Below are positions 12,961 through 26,400 of a stretch of DNA of 64,000 bases, one piece after another (position 1 is the stretch's first letter; every line of letters starts with the position of its first letter). Position numbers and translations under genes: made by a program. Location of the stretch: contig NC_069006.1 in assembly GCF_001194135.2 (NCBI RefSeq), positions 6,935,261 to 6,999,260 of the forward strand, read 5' to 3'. The notes under the pieces were generated by a model. It searched no databases. It was given only the letters and a program-made list of their open reading frames with translations, and was not told the origin of the DNA. The stretch is from Octopus bimaculoides (lineage: Eukaryota).

Positions 12961-15900
12961 GGAGGGAGGGAGAGAGCTTGGCTTGTGTAACCCCCAGCTC
13001 AGCTTTTGTGCTGGCTTAGCCCTTTAGCATTCAAGTTATTCTCTCAAATGTAATGCTTATCTATTCACACTGTTTTGAAGTAATCAAGCATTACCTCGTA
13101 GCTTTGAGATCTTGATGATGTGATTGTTTATTTTTAGAATGACATTGTAGCATAGGTGTGAGAGGTCAGATCTGATTGGTTTGAACATAAAACAGGTAGA
13201 ATATTTGTGCCAGGTTTGGCTGGTTTAAATGCTAAAGAGTTGAGGCATGTAAGTAGTTAAACAGACAACTGTGTGTGATGATCAGATTTTTTTGTCGGAT
13301 AAACATTGCCTCCACATGCCTGGAGACTATTCTGTAAATTCCAACATGCAGTGCTTAATCATAAAATGTGTAATGTTGCAGGCTGGATGTGTTGTACTTT
13401 CTTCATTCTCCAGTCTATCTCCATGCATTGCTTTGTTTATCTTTTATTACATGATTCCTTTCCATTTGTCAACCTCTTATAGGTCATACTGCGGTGCTAT
13501 CCAACCTATGTCAGCTTCAAAAAACTGAATTTTAAACATGAAGCTGATTACTGGATCAGATGTTGCAGGTGACACGTAAAAGCACCCACTACACTCTCTG
13601 AGTGGTTGGCGTTAGGAAGGGCATCCAGCTGTAGAAACTCTGCCAAATTAGATTGGAGCCTGGTGTAGCCATCCGGTTGCACCAGTCCTCAGTCAAATCG
13701 TCCAACCCATGCTAGCATGGAAAGCGGACGTTAAACGATGATGATGATGATGATGATGCTGTCGCTGTCTCTATTGTTGTAAAAGCATGACTTGATTTAA
13801 AAACGACAGAGGGCATCCTAACAGACCATTTGTTTAGGTTTTGAAACCTTTCTGGGGAGAATATAAAAAAGTTAATTCCAGCTGGACATCTAGTCTGACT
13901 GATTGCAACAGAGTGGGCTCTGTTAAAGGCATTCACGAACCAAATGCATTGCTGTTGTTTTTGAACTGTGAGACGCTCTTAATAGATTGTGTTCAACTCA
14001 GAAACTCTTAATCAGAGATTTCCAAATTGTGTTGCCAATAATCTTTAGGCTTGTATAGGTTGAATCTGATAAACTATTATGAGTGTTTGGTCATAAAGAA
14101 TGTATGAGATCTGAAAACTCTGAATGCAGTTTGACATGTGATACGATATTTATTAATTTTGTGTTTGGGTAAAATAGTTGAATTTTTTTAATTAATCAAA
14201 GAGAAACTGTTGAAGATAACTGTGGCAATCAACAGAATGCAGTGGAACCAAATTTTAAACTTTGTTTTCTCCTCTGTTTTGACAGAATAGATTTACTGTT
14301 TTATTTATTTTGTCTGTTTGTAAACAATTATATTTTCAATCTTTTAGCTTGTTTCAAAAACCAAATCACCTGCAGAGATAATTGCAGAATATGAACGAAT
14401 ACAACGAGAAAGAGAGGAACGAAGATTACAACAAAGAACCAATCCTCGGGTAAGATACTGAATCTTTGGAATCTTGGTTGCTTTGAGTGTTTCGATAGCT
14501 TTCCATCAATGCACTCTGCTTTTAACTGACAGGAATCGTACATAAGAGCATTGACTCAATTCAATATTAGCCCATCACTATCACTGGGGTACTTGCCAAA
14601 GCAGAAGTCTCCAACCATCGGGCCACAGATTAGTACTGAGCTGTGGATTATTTAATACTAGACCACAAAGTAAATAAATTTTAAAATCTTAAGGTACAAT
14701 TGGTATTTCAGTTGCAACACAAATTTAAAATGTTATTTCTATATTTATTGACTATCACAGTCTACAGGGCGTTTTTACATTATTATTATTATGCTCTTTA
14801 TTGTTTTGTTATGTGCATGACCCCCTGGTCCACGGAAAAATTGTCTTGTATGAAATCAGTCTGTGGTACAAAAATAGTTGATGACTGCTGCACTTGGAGG
14901 TACTGTATTTCATATCTAATAGCATATAAGACTCATTTTGTTTCCCAAAAATTATTTCAATAATCACACGGCAATTCCCATTCATGAACAAGGGCTTGTA
15001 TTACAGGCTTTAAATGCACCAAAAACTTTTTACTTCAATAAGTGATACTGAAAATGGGCCGTGTCTAATACTCTAGTGTGTCTGTTACGCCGTCAAATAC
15101 GGTACATAACTCGGCCTCAATGGCTATTGTTACAGGTACATAACTCTGAGGCAAGTTACATAACTCTTCTCTGACTAAATTAAATTTGTTATGAATTTGT
15201 CTCTGTGAGGTAGAATTTAAGTTCAACTTATTTCAAAATCGATTGGTTAGCAGTAGTAAAGCCAATTGGTCATAAAAGAATTATTTCATCAAAATGATCT
15301 AGCCTGTGATATCTAAATAATGCCATTTCGAAAAAAAGAAATCTATCTAAATTTTTTTTTTTTTTGTTTTTGCATTTGGTTTGCACAGTACATTAAACAA
15401 ACGATTGATTAATTAGTTGGTTTGATATTTAACGAACTGACTAACAATAAAGAAGTGATAGGGAAGCAGTGCATGTGTCACTATTAATATTGGCGTAATG
15501 ACCCTCCCAAGACAATATATGGCTGTTATTGCCGTTATTCTAAAAAGTAGAGGAAATTGTGTTTAATAACAATTTCACTTTCCATAAACTTATATCAAAA
15601 TTTAATTTGCGAAAATGGCTATATCAGCTGGAAGAGAAAGAGGATGGCAGTAAAACTGTTTTTAGGGCAGTTTACAAGAAAGTGTTTAAAGATTTATTGA
15701 AGTTGTAAAAACAAAGTTGATCAGTGAAACTGAAAATTATTGACATACTTGTTCTTATTTAAATATATCTTGTCTCCTTAACCGAAATCTCTTATTTCTT
15801 GTATTAACAGGGCACCATAACGATCGGTATTGATGCCACAGATGTCTTTGACCATTATGACTTAGATCCAGAAAATGAGTGAGTTCTTTTAATGTTGCTC

Positions 15901-18900
15901 TTTATGATTATTGTACAATTATTAAATTCCACTTAACATTGCAAATCAGTTTTCATTTTTCTTCAGTTATGCTATGGATGGTTTTAAAAATTACAAAATA
16001 ACATGAATGTTATAAAATCTCATTTTGTCTCTTTAATAAATTAGTGTACTTCATCATTATTTAACATTCATTTTCTGTTCTGGCATGGGTTGGACGGTTT
16101 GACAGGAGCTGGTTCCATAGTCTGTTTTGCCATGGCTTCTACAGCTGGAAGCCCTTCCTAATGCCAACCATTTTACAGAGTGTACTGGGTGCTTTTTACA
16201 TGATATTAGTGCCCACAGGGGCGGGGCACCAAGTAGCTTGCATGATGAAAACCCCTCAACTCTGAGTAGTATTAGTGGGTGGGCTTTGTACTAGTTGTGA
16301 GATTAAAGATATAGAGGGGCCAGAGATGGGCGTCATACTGTAGATTGGATACGTGGAGACCTCAGTTAGAGAAGAAAGGCGAGTGTATTAGAGAGGAAGT
16401 TTGATGGTGCGTGGCTGTATGGTAAGAAGCTTGCTTCCCAACCACATGGTCAAATGTAAATAATATAAATAATGTACATAATTCCTCATCTCTTAAATGT
16501 AGAACTGTAAGACTTTAATCATTTAGCAATCAGATTGCTCTGTCAAATATAATTTACATTGTCTAGAATTGATCATGCATTGTCTCATAGCGTCAATATT
16601 TTCAATAGGATTGGTGTGAAAGAGCAGATCTAGTCAGTTTGAATGTAAAACAGTATTTTAGGCCAGATGTGGTTGGTTTAAATGCTGAAGTGTTAAATAA
16701 TAATGATGATGTATATACCATTTTATATTATTTGTAATCGCTGGGCAATATACTGTGCTTGAGAAGACTTGTTGAGTCAAGTGAAATTGTAGTTGTGGCT
16801 AATGCTAGTGCCGCCTGGCTGGCTTCCATGCCAGTGGCATGTAGAAAGCACTATTTAAGCATGGTCGATGCCAGTGCCGCCTGACTGGGTCCCTGTGCTG
16901 GTGGCACTTAAAAAGCACCCACTACATTCTCTGAGTGGTTGGCATTAGGAAAGGCATCCAGCTGTAGAAACCTTGCCAGATCACATTGGAGCCTGTTGCA
17001 GCCTTCTGGCTTGCCAGTCCTCAGTCAAACCGTCCAACCCATGCCAGCATGGAAAGCAGACGTTAAACAATGATGATGATGTATTTTTAAGCTTTTAAAT
17101 AGTTCTTTATATTTTGTATATCCTGGGGTCAATACTCATTGGTAGGGTGTAATTTTACCCTTTAGCCTTCAGGTTACACTATCAAATGTAATACTTCTCA
17201 ATTCACATTGTTTTGAATTAATCCTGCATTTTCTCATAGCTTTGAAATTGTGATGTGATTGTTTGTTTTTAGAATGACATTGTAGGGTAGGTGTGAGAGG
17301 CTGGCTCTGGTCAGTTGGAACATAAAAAAAAAGAAGACAATATTTTGGCCAGATATGGGCTAATGAGTTAAGGGATATTTTGCTGCTATTTCTAGCAATC
17401 TCACAGTCCACATACATGTTCCTATGTTGACTCAAGAGAGACTTTGTTGATTGCTCTGTTGAATGTTTCTCCTGGTCCATCTTTGCAGGTCATTCATTCC
17501 TTACTTTGAAGTGAGCAGCATGAACTTGAGTCAGTCAGTAGAGGCACCACTGACTTTAAATGATACAGTCACATTTGGGGGTAACATTGAAGCACAGAAT
17601 GGAAATGGTAACGGAAACATGTTGATGGTTTGGAAGCGGTTATTATCAGACAAATCATGGGCAGAGGTATATGCTTGTTGCTTCTTAATATTCTATTCGT
17701 CCTTAACCCCAAAGTGTGTTGTTTGTGTGTAAATCGTCAACATTCTGTGACCTCATAATCGAAGGAGGTTCGTCTTTCACTTTGAAATATTGGAATGTAT
17801 TCCAAGAAATTTAGTTTCTTCTTTACTTTGTTTGTGTCATATGTTTTTGATGTATATAGAAATATATAAAATGTATATTTATTGGTACTAAAGAAAAGAT
17901 TTGTGTGTTTCAAACAGTCATCAGTCATGNNNNNNNNNNNNNNNNNNNNNNNNNNNNNNNNNNNNNNNNNNNNNNNNNNNNNNNNNNNNNNNNNNNNNNN
18001 NNNNNNNNNNNNNNNNNNNNNNNNNNNNNNNNNNNNNNNNNNNNNNNNNNNNNNNNNNNNNNNNNNNNNNNNNNNNNNNNNNNNNNNNNNNNNNNNNNNN
18101 NNNNNNNNNNNNNNNNNNNNNNNNNNNNNNNATATATATATATATATATATATACATACATACACTATTGTAAGAAATTGTGGTTTATTGCTTTATTTTT
18201 TTTTTTCTTTTGTAGTCGTTATGTATAATGACATCTGTCTATGCAATATAACTTTGAAATTTTTATGTTCATAAAGCATAGAAACTGACGGCCAGTCTGT
18301 TGCAGTTCTGCTTCTTTCTTAAGTGACTCATTTCTTGAATGACCTAAGGTAAGACAATAAAATAACAAAATAAATCAAACTTTGGTATTGTGGTATCTGT
18401 TAATGCCACCACATCTCTTAATCAGCTATGCTTTATTTTCACTTGTTTTTTTCCTTTTTATGCTAATGTGATGTTTGAAATTTGAAATGCTTAGACAAGA
18501 GTTCACTTTAGTAAAGGCTGCTAAGGTGTATTCTACAAATATTTTCTCAAAGTATTTTTACGAAATTTAATGATTTTGTGGACGATTGAGCACTTGACAT
18601 TCAGATTTGTTTAATTTTTGCTTACACAAATATTCCCAGTGATGGAAATGATGGAATACATGGGGATATATTTTCATATGCAAGATATTAAAAAAACTAA
18701 GTTAAACTGGCCTTCTGTTGATTATGATGAGATAGGTTCCAGTTGATCCAATCAATGGAACAGCCTGCTTGTGAGGTTAACATACCAGTGGCTGTGCACT
18801 CCACAGACATGTGTACCCTTAACCATTTTGTTGTCATATTTCTGTTGAGATGCTCTGTGTTTCTTTCAATTAATTTTATATATAACAAAGAATTTATTAA

Positions 18901-21288
18901 AATAACTTAGTTATCATTAAGCTCGTATTAGGAACATAAATTGTGACTAAGGTTTGGTGGAAGATTTTAATTCAGAACTTTTGCAAACAAGACATTTTTA
19001 CTACAGAGCCAGAGGTAGTTTCAGCTGGGTTGGTATCGAAAGGGTTAATGTAGTTCTCAGGGAGATTCAGTGTAGCACAGAATGTGACACGGCTGGCCCT
19101 TTGAAATATAGGTACAATTCATTTTTGCTGGATGTGTGAACTGGAGCAATATGAAATGTATGAGGAATCCCCTAATTTTGGGAGGCTTAAAATTTGGAAA
19201 AAACTAATTTTTGACAAAAAAGGGTTCCTTATACATGTTAAAATATGGTATATGTATATATTTGTGTGTCTGTGTTTGTCTCCCCACCATTGCTTCACAA
19301 CCAATGTTGGTGCATCTATGTCCCCGTAACTTAGCGGTTTGGTAAAAGACACCGAAAAATAAACACTAGGCTTACAAAGAATAAGTCCTAGGGTTGATTT
19401 CTTTGACTAAAGGCATTGCTCTAGCATGGCCACAGTCAAATGACTGAAACAAGTAAAAGAATAAAAGAATATGTATATATATGTGTATATATGTGTGTGT
19501 GTGTGTGTATGATGATAGTCCAAGAAAGATGGTTCTGCAATTTATTGCCAAATATTCTGCACAAACGATTAGTTTTTATAGTGATCAAATGTTTGTGCTT
19601 CACATTGGCTCACCCCCTCCATCAAATCAACATTGTCTGAACAGGTGCACGGTGTACCACATGTCAGGTGTCCAAATGGTTGCTGGGCAATGTGAAATGG
19701 AGTGTTTTGCTTGAGAACACAATACACCACCTGGTCCAGGAACTGAAACCATAATCTCATGATCATGAGCACAACATCCTAACGACTAGGCCATGTGCCC
19801 TTCGACATGGCTTACTGGTTAGGGTATTTGGCATGTGTGGTTAATGAATGCCTCTCATCATGAACAAACTTGTTTACAAACCAATTTTTTTTAACATAAA
19901 ACGTCTCAGGTAATGAACATGCAGGCCATCAACAATGGCTGGCGATAAGCTAGGAGTATCAGTAGGAGAACATCAGTTGCTCTCTTGGCTCCAACTAATT
20001 AACTTTTAGTGGAATAACACAGTTTTATCCAACATTTATCAAATATCATTATGTTCATCATCATTGAATGTCCACTGTCCATGCTGGCGTGAGTTGGATA
20101 GTGTGACCAGAGGCGGCAAGCTGGGGAGCTGCACCAGACTCCAATCTAATTTGTCCTGGTCTCTATGGCTGGATGCCCTTCCTAATGCCAACTACTTTAC
20201 AAAGTGTGCTGGATGCTTTCATGTGGCACTATGTGGGCGCTTTTGTATGGCACTGCCATGAGTGCTTTACACAACCAAAGGGATCAGTCTTAACACCTCT
20301 GCTGCAGAGGACAGATCTTCTATGTTATCTTGTATTAAGTGGCCTTTTCCAAATATTTTAACTTTCTTGTTTTAATGTTTTATCGTCATACTTATATTTA
20401 TTGTCTTAAGCTGTTCTCACTTGACTGTAAACACGAGCATGTTTGTGTGAGGGCTTTTGCCTTGTTCATTCTTATTAAAGCTTACATATGTTTGATTTCA
20501 TTATTGTGTATTCTCATCCAAGTATGTCAGCATGGGAAAACGTGGCTGTAAAACAATGATGATATGAAGTGATGTACTTAATAAACAATATAACTAATGA
20601 CTGATATAATATGATAATAGTTATTAATTAGTTCAATAATAGCTATTTATTGTGAAGGTGCATGGCTTAGTGGGTAGGACATTCGGCTCATGATTGTAAG
20701 GTTATAAGTTTGATTCCCAGCAGCATGTTGTATCCCTGAGCAAGACACTTTATCTCACTTTGCTCCAGTTCACTCAGCTGGCAAAAATAAATCGTACCTG
20801 TATTTCAAAGGTCAGCCATGTCACAGAATATGATCCTCATCCCTCCTCAACACATGTCCATACCACTACACTCAATTCACCCTTGCCAGCTGTTCCACCA
20901 ATTTCTCCAACCCCAGCATCCCCATCAAGTCCTCAGTCCTCTTCTTATCCAATAGTTTCACACCACACATTGCTTTCATCATTGCTCTCTCTCAGTCCTT
21001 CTCAAAATTGCCATTTCACTTTCCCTCAGAAAGGAAAATGAGAAAGCTCCCACTACTAAGCGGAAGTTTTTGGGAAGGAGAAGGTAGAGGTGGGCGACTG
21101 TATGCCAGGTGTTGAAAGGCTAAAGTATGATAAAGGGATAAGCACAAGCGTTTTGCTATAGAAGAAATACATGGCTGAAGATATACAGAAACTTGCACAC
21201 ACACATATGCATGTATATATATACTTACATATATATATGCATATATNNNNNNNNNNNNNNNNNNNNNNNNNNNNNNNNNNNNNNNNNN

Positions 21289-21330
<42 letters not shown>

Positions 21331-23444
21331 CATATGCACATATATACATTTATATAAAAACACACATACATGCCCATATATGCAGTTTTCGTATGCCAAT
21401 TCTACTTGCAAGGCATTGGTCAGCCTGCAGCTATATAGTAGAAGACATGCCTCAAGTGCCATCCAGTGGAGCTGAACCTTCAACTGCATGGTTTTGTAAC
21501 AAACTTCTTAACCACAGTGCCATGCGTAGACCTTGTAAGAGTACCAAACAGCTGTGTCATCTAACTTGGTGATTTCAGAAAGTTGATGTTTAAAAAAAGT
21601 GTCAGAATGACAGGAAATATTTGACATTGAAAGTCTACCCTTGACCCATCGATCAAGTTTACAGGGGCAAGAAATGGTTATGTAGAACAATCCTCACAAT
21701 ATAATTTTGATACTTGGCACTTATCCATTTTCTCTCAATTTTTGTGTATGCATGCCTTTTTCTGAAAAGATGTAAAGTTGAACTTTGGGGAATCAAAATC
21801 TATGTTGATTGTTTCCTAAAACAAATCAAACAGGATATTCAGCTGTGATGGACAAGTTTTGTATGAATTTTCGTTTTTGTTTACTACTTAATCTTCTAAC
21901 AAGTTTTTGCTTTTTAATTGAACTACCTAATTGCACAAACTGAATTGCTGAATTCATTAATGTTCATCATCATCATAATGTCTACTTTTCCATGCTTGCA
22001 TGGGTTGGACGGAGTTTATTTGTGGCAGATTTTCTATGGCCAGATGCCCTTCGTGTCCCCAACCCTCACCTGTTTCCAAGTTGTTATATTTCCCCACGGT
22101 CCAAACACATTTCCACAGAATACTGAAAATGAGGAACACTGCCTGCATGATAATGATGACACTTGTTAAACATCCATCACATAAAGTTAAGGCAACAAGA
22201 CACTAACACGCAAGGCTGAGTTCCTTTCAAGCATTGGGCCTCACGGAGGCAAAGTGGCTGAGTTCCTTTGAAGCATTGGGCCTCACAGAGGCAAAGTGGC
22301 TGAGTTCCTTTGAAGCATTGGGCCTCACAGAGGCAAAGTGGCTGAGTTCCTTTCAAGCATTGGGCCTCACAGAGGCAAAGTGGCTGAGTTCCTAACAAGT
22401 GTTGGGCCTCACGGAGGCAAAGTGGCTGAGTTCCTTTCAAGTGTTGGGCCTCACTTTTTTTCTCTAATTTCTGTTTAATAAAATTACATTAAATTTTAAT
22501 TTCAGTTTCTAGTTTTGGTAAAGCAAAGTCTGAGAAAGAAACAGTGTATGAAACTATTATGCTTCTTATGAAAATGTTAAATTACTTGAATTTAGTTGAT
22601 AGGGTGAGTTTATCTGAAGTATTGAAGGGTTTGTCCAATCTAGTGAAAAAGGGCAACCACATTGTTTTCCTCTTCATGTATGTCTGAACATACGATGGAA
22701 CATTTTTTTCACATAGACCCATAACTTTCAGTCTATAGAAAGGAGGAAAGGAGATGACATAATGTTGTTCAGCTTTGTCTTTTATCTTTTACTTGTTTCA
22801 CTCGGATTGCAATCGTGCTGGGGCACTGCCTTGAAGAATTGTTTAGTTAAATGAATCGACCCCAGTACTTTTTCTTTTTTAAACCTGGAACATATGCTAT
22901 CAGCCCCCCCCACCATTTTTTTTTCTCCAAACCATTAAGTTACAGGGACATAAACACCCCTATATTGGTTGCCAAGTGATGGTAGGGGACAAACACATCA
23001 CCACACTTTTATGCACACACACACATATATGCAAAAGGCTTCTCTTAGTATCCTTCTTCCAAATCCACTCACAACAAAGCTTTAGTCAACCCATGCCTAG
23101 AGTAGAAAACACTCACCAAGGGTTCCTCACAGTGGAAACAAGCTTCTTACAACACAGCTACACCTACACCTATGGTCAGCTTTTAGCCAGTGGGTCAAGA
23201 GATTCTAACTATGCCTTTTTCAGCGATCTAAGACTACCTTATCTAATGTAGTCTTAGGATTTCCTGAAAAGACTTCCTGTTTAGTTTGAAGCAGATTTGG
23301 TCACCATTTCTTGAAGATCAACCAATCTGAAAGATCACTTTGGGTATTGGTTATGAAATTGCCATAAATAGGAATTGAAGCTTGAATATGGGCTCAACAA
23401 ACCAGATGAGCTTCATCTACATTTTGTTTCTTTCAATATTAATC

Positions 23445-23492
<48 letters not shown>

Positions 23493-26400
23493 ATTCACTG
23501 CAAGCCAGCAATTGGAGCTTCTGTGCTGCTGCTTGACCTGTGAGAAATAGCAGCCACATTTCTTCAAATCACACTCTACGATCTAAAAAAGGAGGAGGAA
23601 CACATTAGATAATAGTCCCAAATACGCCTAAAAAAATTAAGATGAGATAGGCATGGCTGGATCTCCTTCGATCATATGCTCAGTCAGGGCCAACATAGAA
23701 TTCTCCATGCAGTCTCTATGTTCCAACAGAATCGGCAAACATCTTTTTTTATCATTATTATTATTACATTGATTTTTGTAACAAGAAAATAGCACAAACA
23801 AATCCAAAGACCAAGTCTTCAGCAAAATATTGGTTCTAATAATAATAATAATATTTTCTGCTATAGCACAATCCCTGAAATTTTGAGGGCGGATTCTAGT
23901 TGATTACATCAACTGGTATTTATTTCATTGACCCTGAAAGGAGGAAAGACAAAGTCTCAGTGATATTTGAACCCAGAACAGAAAAGCAGGCAAAATGCTT
24001 AGCAGCATTTTGCCTGGTGTCCTAATGTTTCTGCTCAAATCATAATGGTTTTAAATTTTAGCACAAAGCCAGCAAGTTCAGAGAAGTGGGTAAGTTGATT
24101 ACATCAACCCAGTACTCAACTGGTACTTAATTTATCGATCTTGAAAGGATGAAAAGCTAAGTCAACCTTGGCGGAATTTGAACTCAGAACGTAGTGGCAG
24201 ACAAAATATTGCTAAGCGTGTAATTTTGGGGGAGGGGACTGCTCAATTACACCGACCCTCAGTACTTCACTGGTACTTATTTTATCGACCCTAAAAGGAT
24301 GAAAAGTCAGCCTTGGCACAGAACATAATGAGTCAGAAGAAATACCACTAAACATTTTGTCCAACGGAATAATGGATCTGCCAGCTCGCCATCTTATTAA
24401 TAGTAATAGTTTCAAATTTTGGCACGAGGCCAGCAGTATCATAGATGGGGGCTAGTCAATTACATCGGTCCAATGCTTAACGAGAACTTACTTTATCGAT
24501 CCTGAAAAGGCGAAAGGCAAAATCGAACTTCGGTTGAATTTCAGCTCAGAATATAAAGCCGCAAGAAATGCCGCTAAGCATTTCGTCCTGCGTGCTAATG
24601 ATGATGATGATGTTGGTGATACTTTGCATCGATCATGGGAGACACATTTGTGGCGAGCTATAGATGGTGGGATCGATTATCGATTCCTGCTGGTTTTTGA
24701 AGTGAAAACGTTGAGAAACGAAAAGTTACATTTACTAAAATATAAAATGTATTTCGTCCGGTGCCCTTACTCTTTCTGGTCCTCTAAATAAAAAAAAGAA
24801 AAGTCATGACTTTTCACTGACTCCGTAATATAAATTGAAAGAAACACTTCTGAACACAAGGCAGTCTCTACGTAGTCGCTTGATTGCTGGAAATAACAGC
24901 CCTGTCTTTTTGAAATCATATCGTTTTAGAACAACGACAGAAGTTGTTGATCAACAACTACCACAACAACAGCGTCATCACTTACCAAACAAGCCATAAC
25001 TAATCCATAACACCATCATTACTACTACTACTTTTTCTCCTCTTTCTCTCCCTCTTTACTATTGTCTGAATGTTAAGGATTTTCTATGTAGTCGCTCGAT
25101 TGCTGGAAATAACAGTCAAATGTTCTTCAAGCCATTACCCACTGTCTTTGAGACGGAGACAGTGGATGATAGGATCTCGGGGGTGCACTGTGACTGGAAA
25201 GCTGTTAAAAAAAATTACGTGGTGGTCATGGCTAGAACGCCTTTGATCATATTTCGTCTGCTCGATCGGACCAAGTCTTTAAACAAATAACAGCCATCGC
25301 GTTATCGAATCAGACATAACTAATCCATAACACCGCCATCTCCATCATCCTCACCACCACTACTACCAGTCCTACTCCCACTTATTCTCTACCTCTTCCT
25401 CCTCCCCCTCTATTATTATTATTGTCTTAATGTTAAGATGGCTGACTATCGTGTAACGTGGGATAAAAAGAAAGAAAACCAACTCATAGACTATTTTGAA
25501 GGTGCGTATTGTTGTTATTAATATCTTTATTATTATATTCCGCTTTCTTGCTTTGATGTTTTGTTTGTTGTTCTAACATTTTACTTTTCAATTTCTATTC
25601 CCCCCCTCCCCTCATTCTTTCTGTTTGCTATTAACTTTCCATTCGGAAACTATCTTTTGTAACCTTTTCTCTCTCTTTCTACACATATAATTTAGACTAT
25701 CTAACTAGTTGTCTGGTATTTATTTACCTTCGTGTGTTTTTATATTTATCTATTTGCCTATCTATCTAACTGATCGTGTATTAATCCGTTTTTAAACCCC
25801 TATCTCCCCGTGTCTGTCTGCTACTATTATACATGTTGTTTCTCTGTCTGTCTTCCCTCTTGGCAGATCATCCCTGTCTTTGGGATCATACTCATGCCGA
25901 TTATTTCCGCAGAGATGTCAGAGATGGACTCATGAAAGAATTGAGCAATAAACTAGGCTGTGATCGTTCCGGGCGTCCTTATACAGGTAAAGTCTGCTCT
26001 ATCATTTCTATGTAACAGTCTTCATAAACCGCTCATTTATTTACTTGTGTTGGTGTGTAAACGAGTTGTTACAACTTCCCTGTTGCTAATCGAAGTCGAC
26101 TTAGAGATTGCACTTTCGATTTCCGGTTAAACCATTTCATTTCGCTTGCGCTGTGTGTCGGCAAGATTTTCCTGTTGTTATCGAATGTCGTTGGCCACAA
26201 ACGAGTTTTTGCTTGGTTAACAATGTCCTTGGCTTATTTACTGCATGAACACAATTTTCTCGGATGTTCCGGCAACCCATTAAAGGTTAGCCAATGTGCG
26301 TGCGTGTTTATACACGACCTAGCCGCTCGATCTGCTAAAGTTAGCAACCAAGTCCTCCTCAAGTATGTGTGTGTATGTATACCATCTTAAAATAAAAGGA

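Noticed and set aside
22214-22454. Regular 42-bp repeat array as a possible CRISPR
   Set aside because: The units are directly adjacent with no unique spacers, there are no cas genes, and the context is a eukaryotic intron
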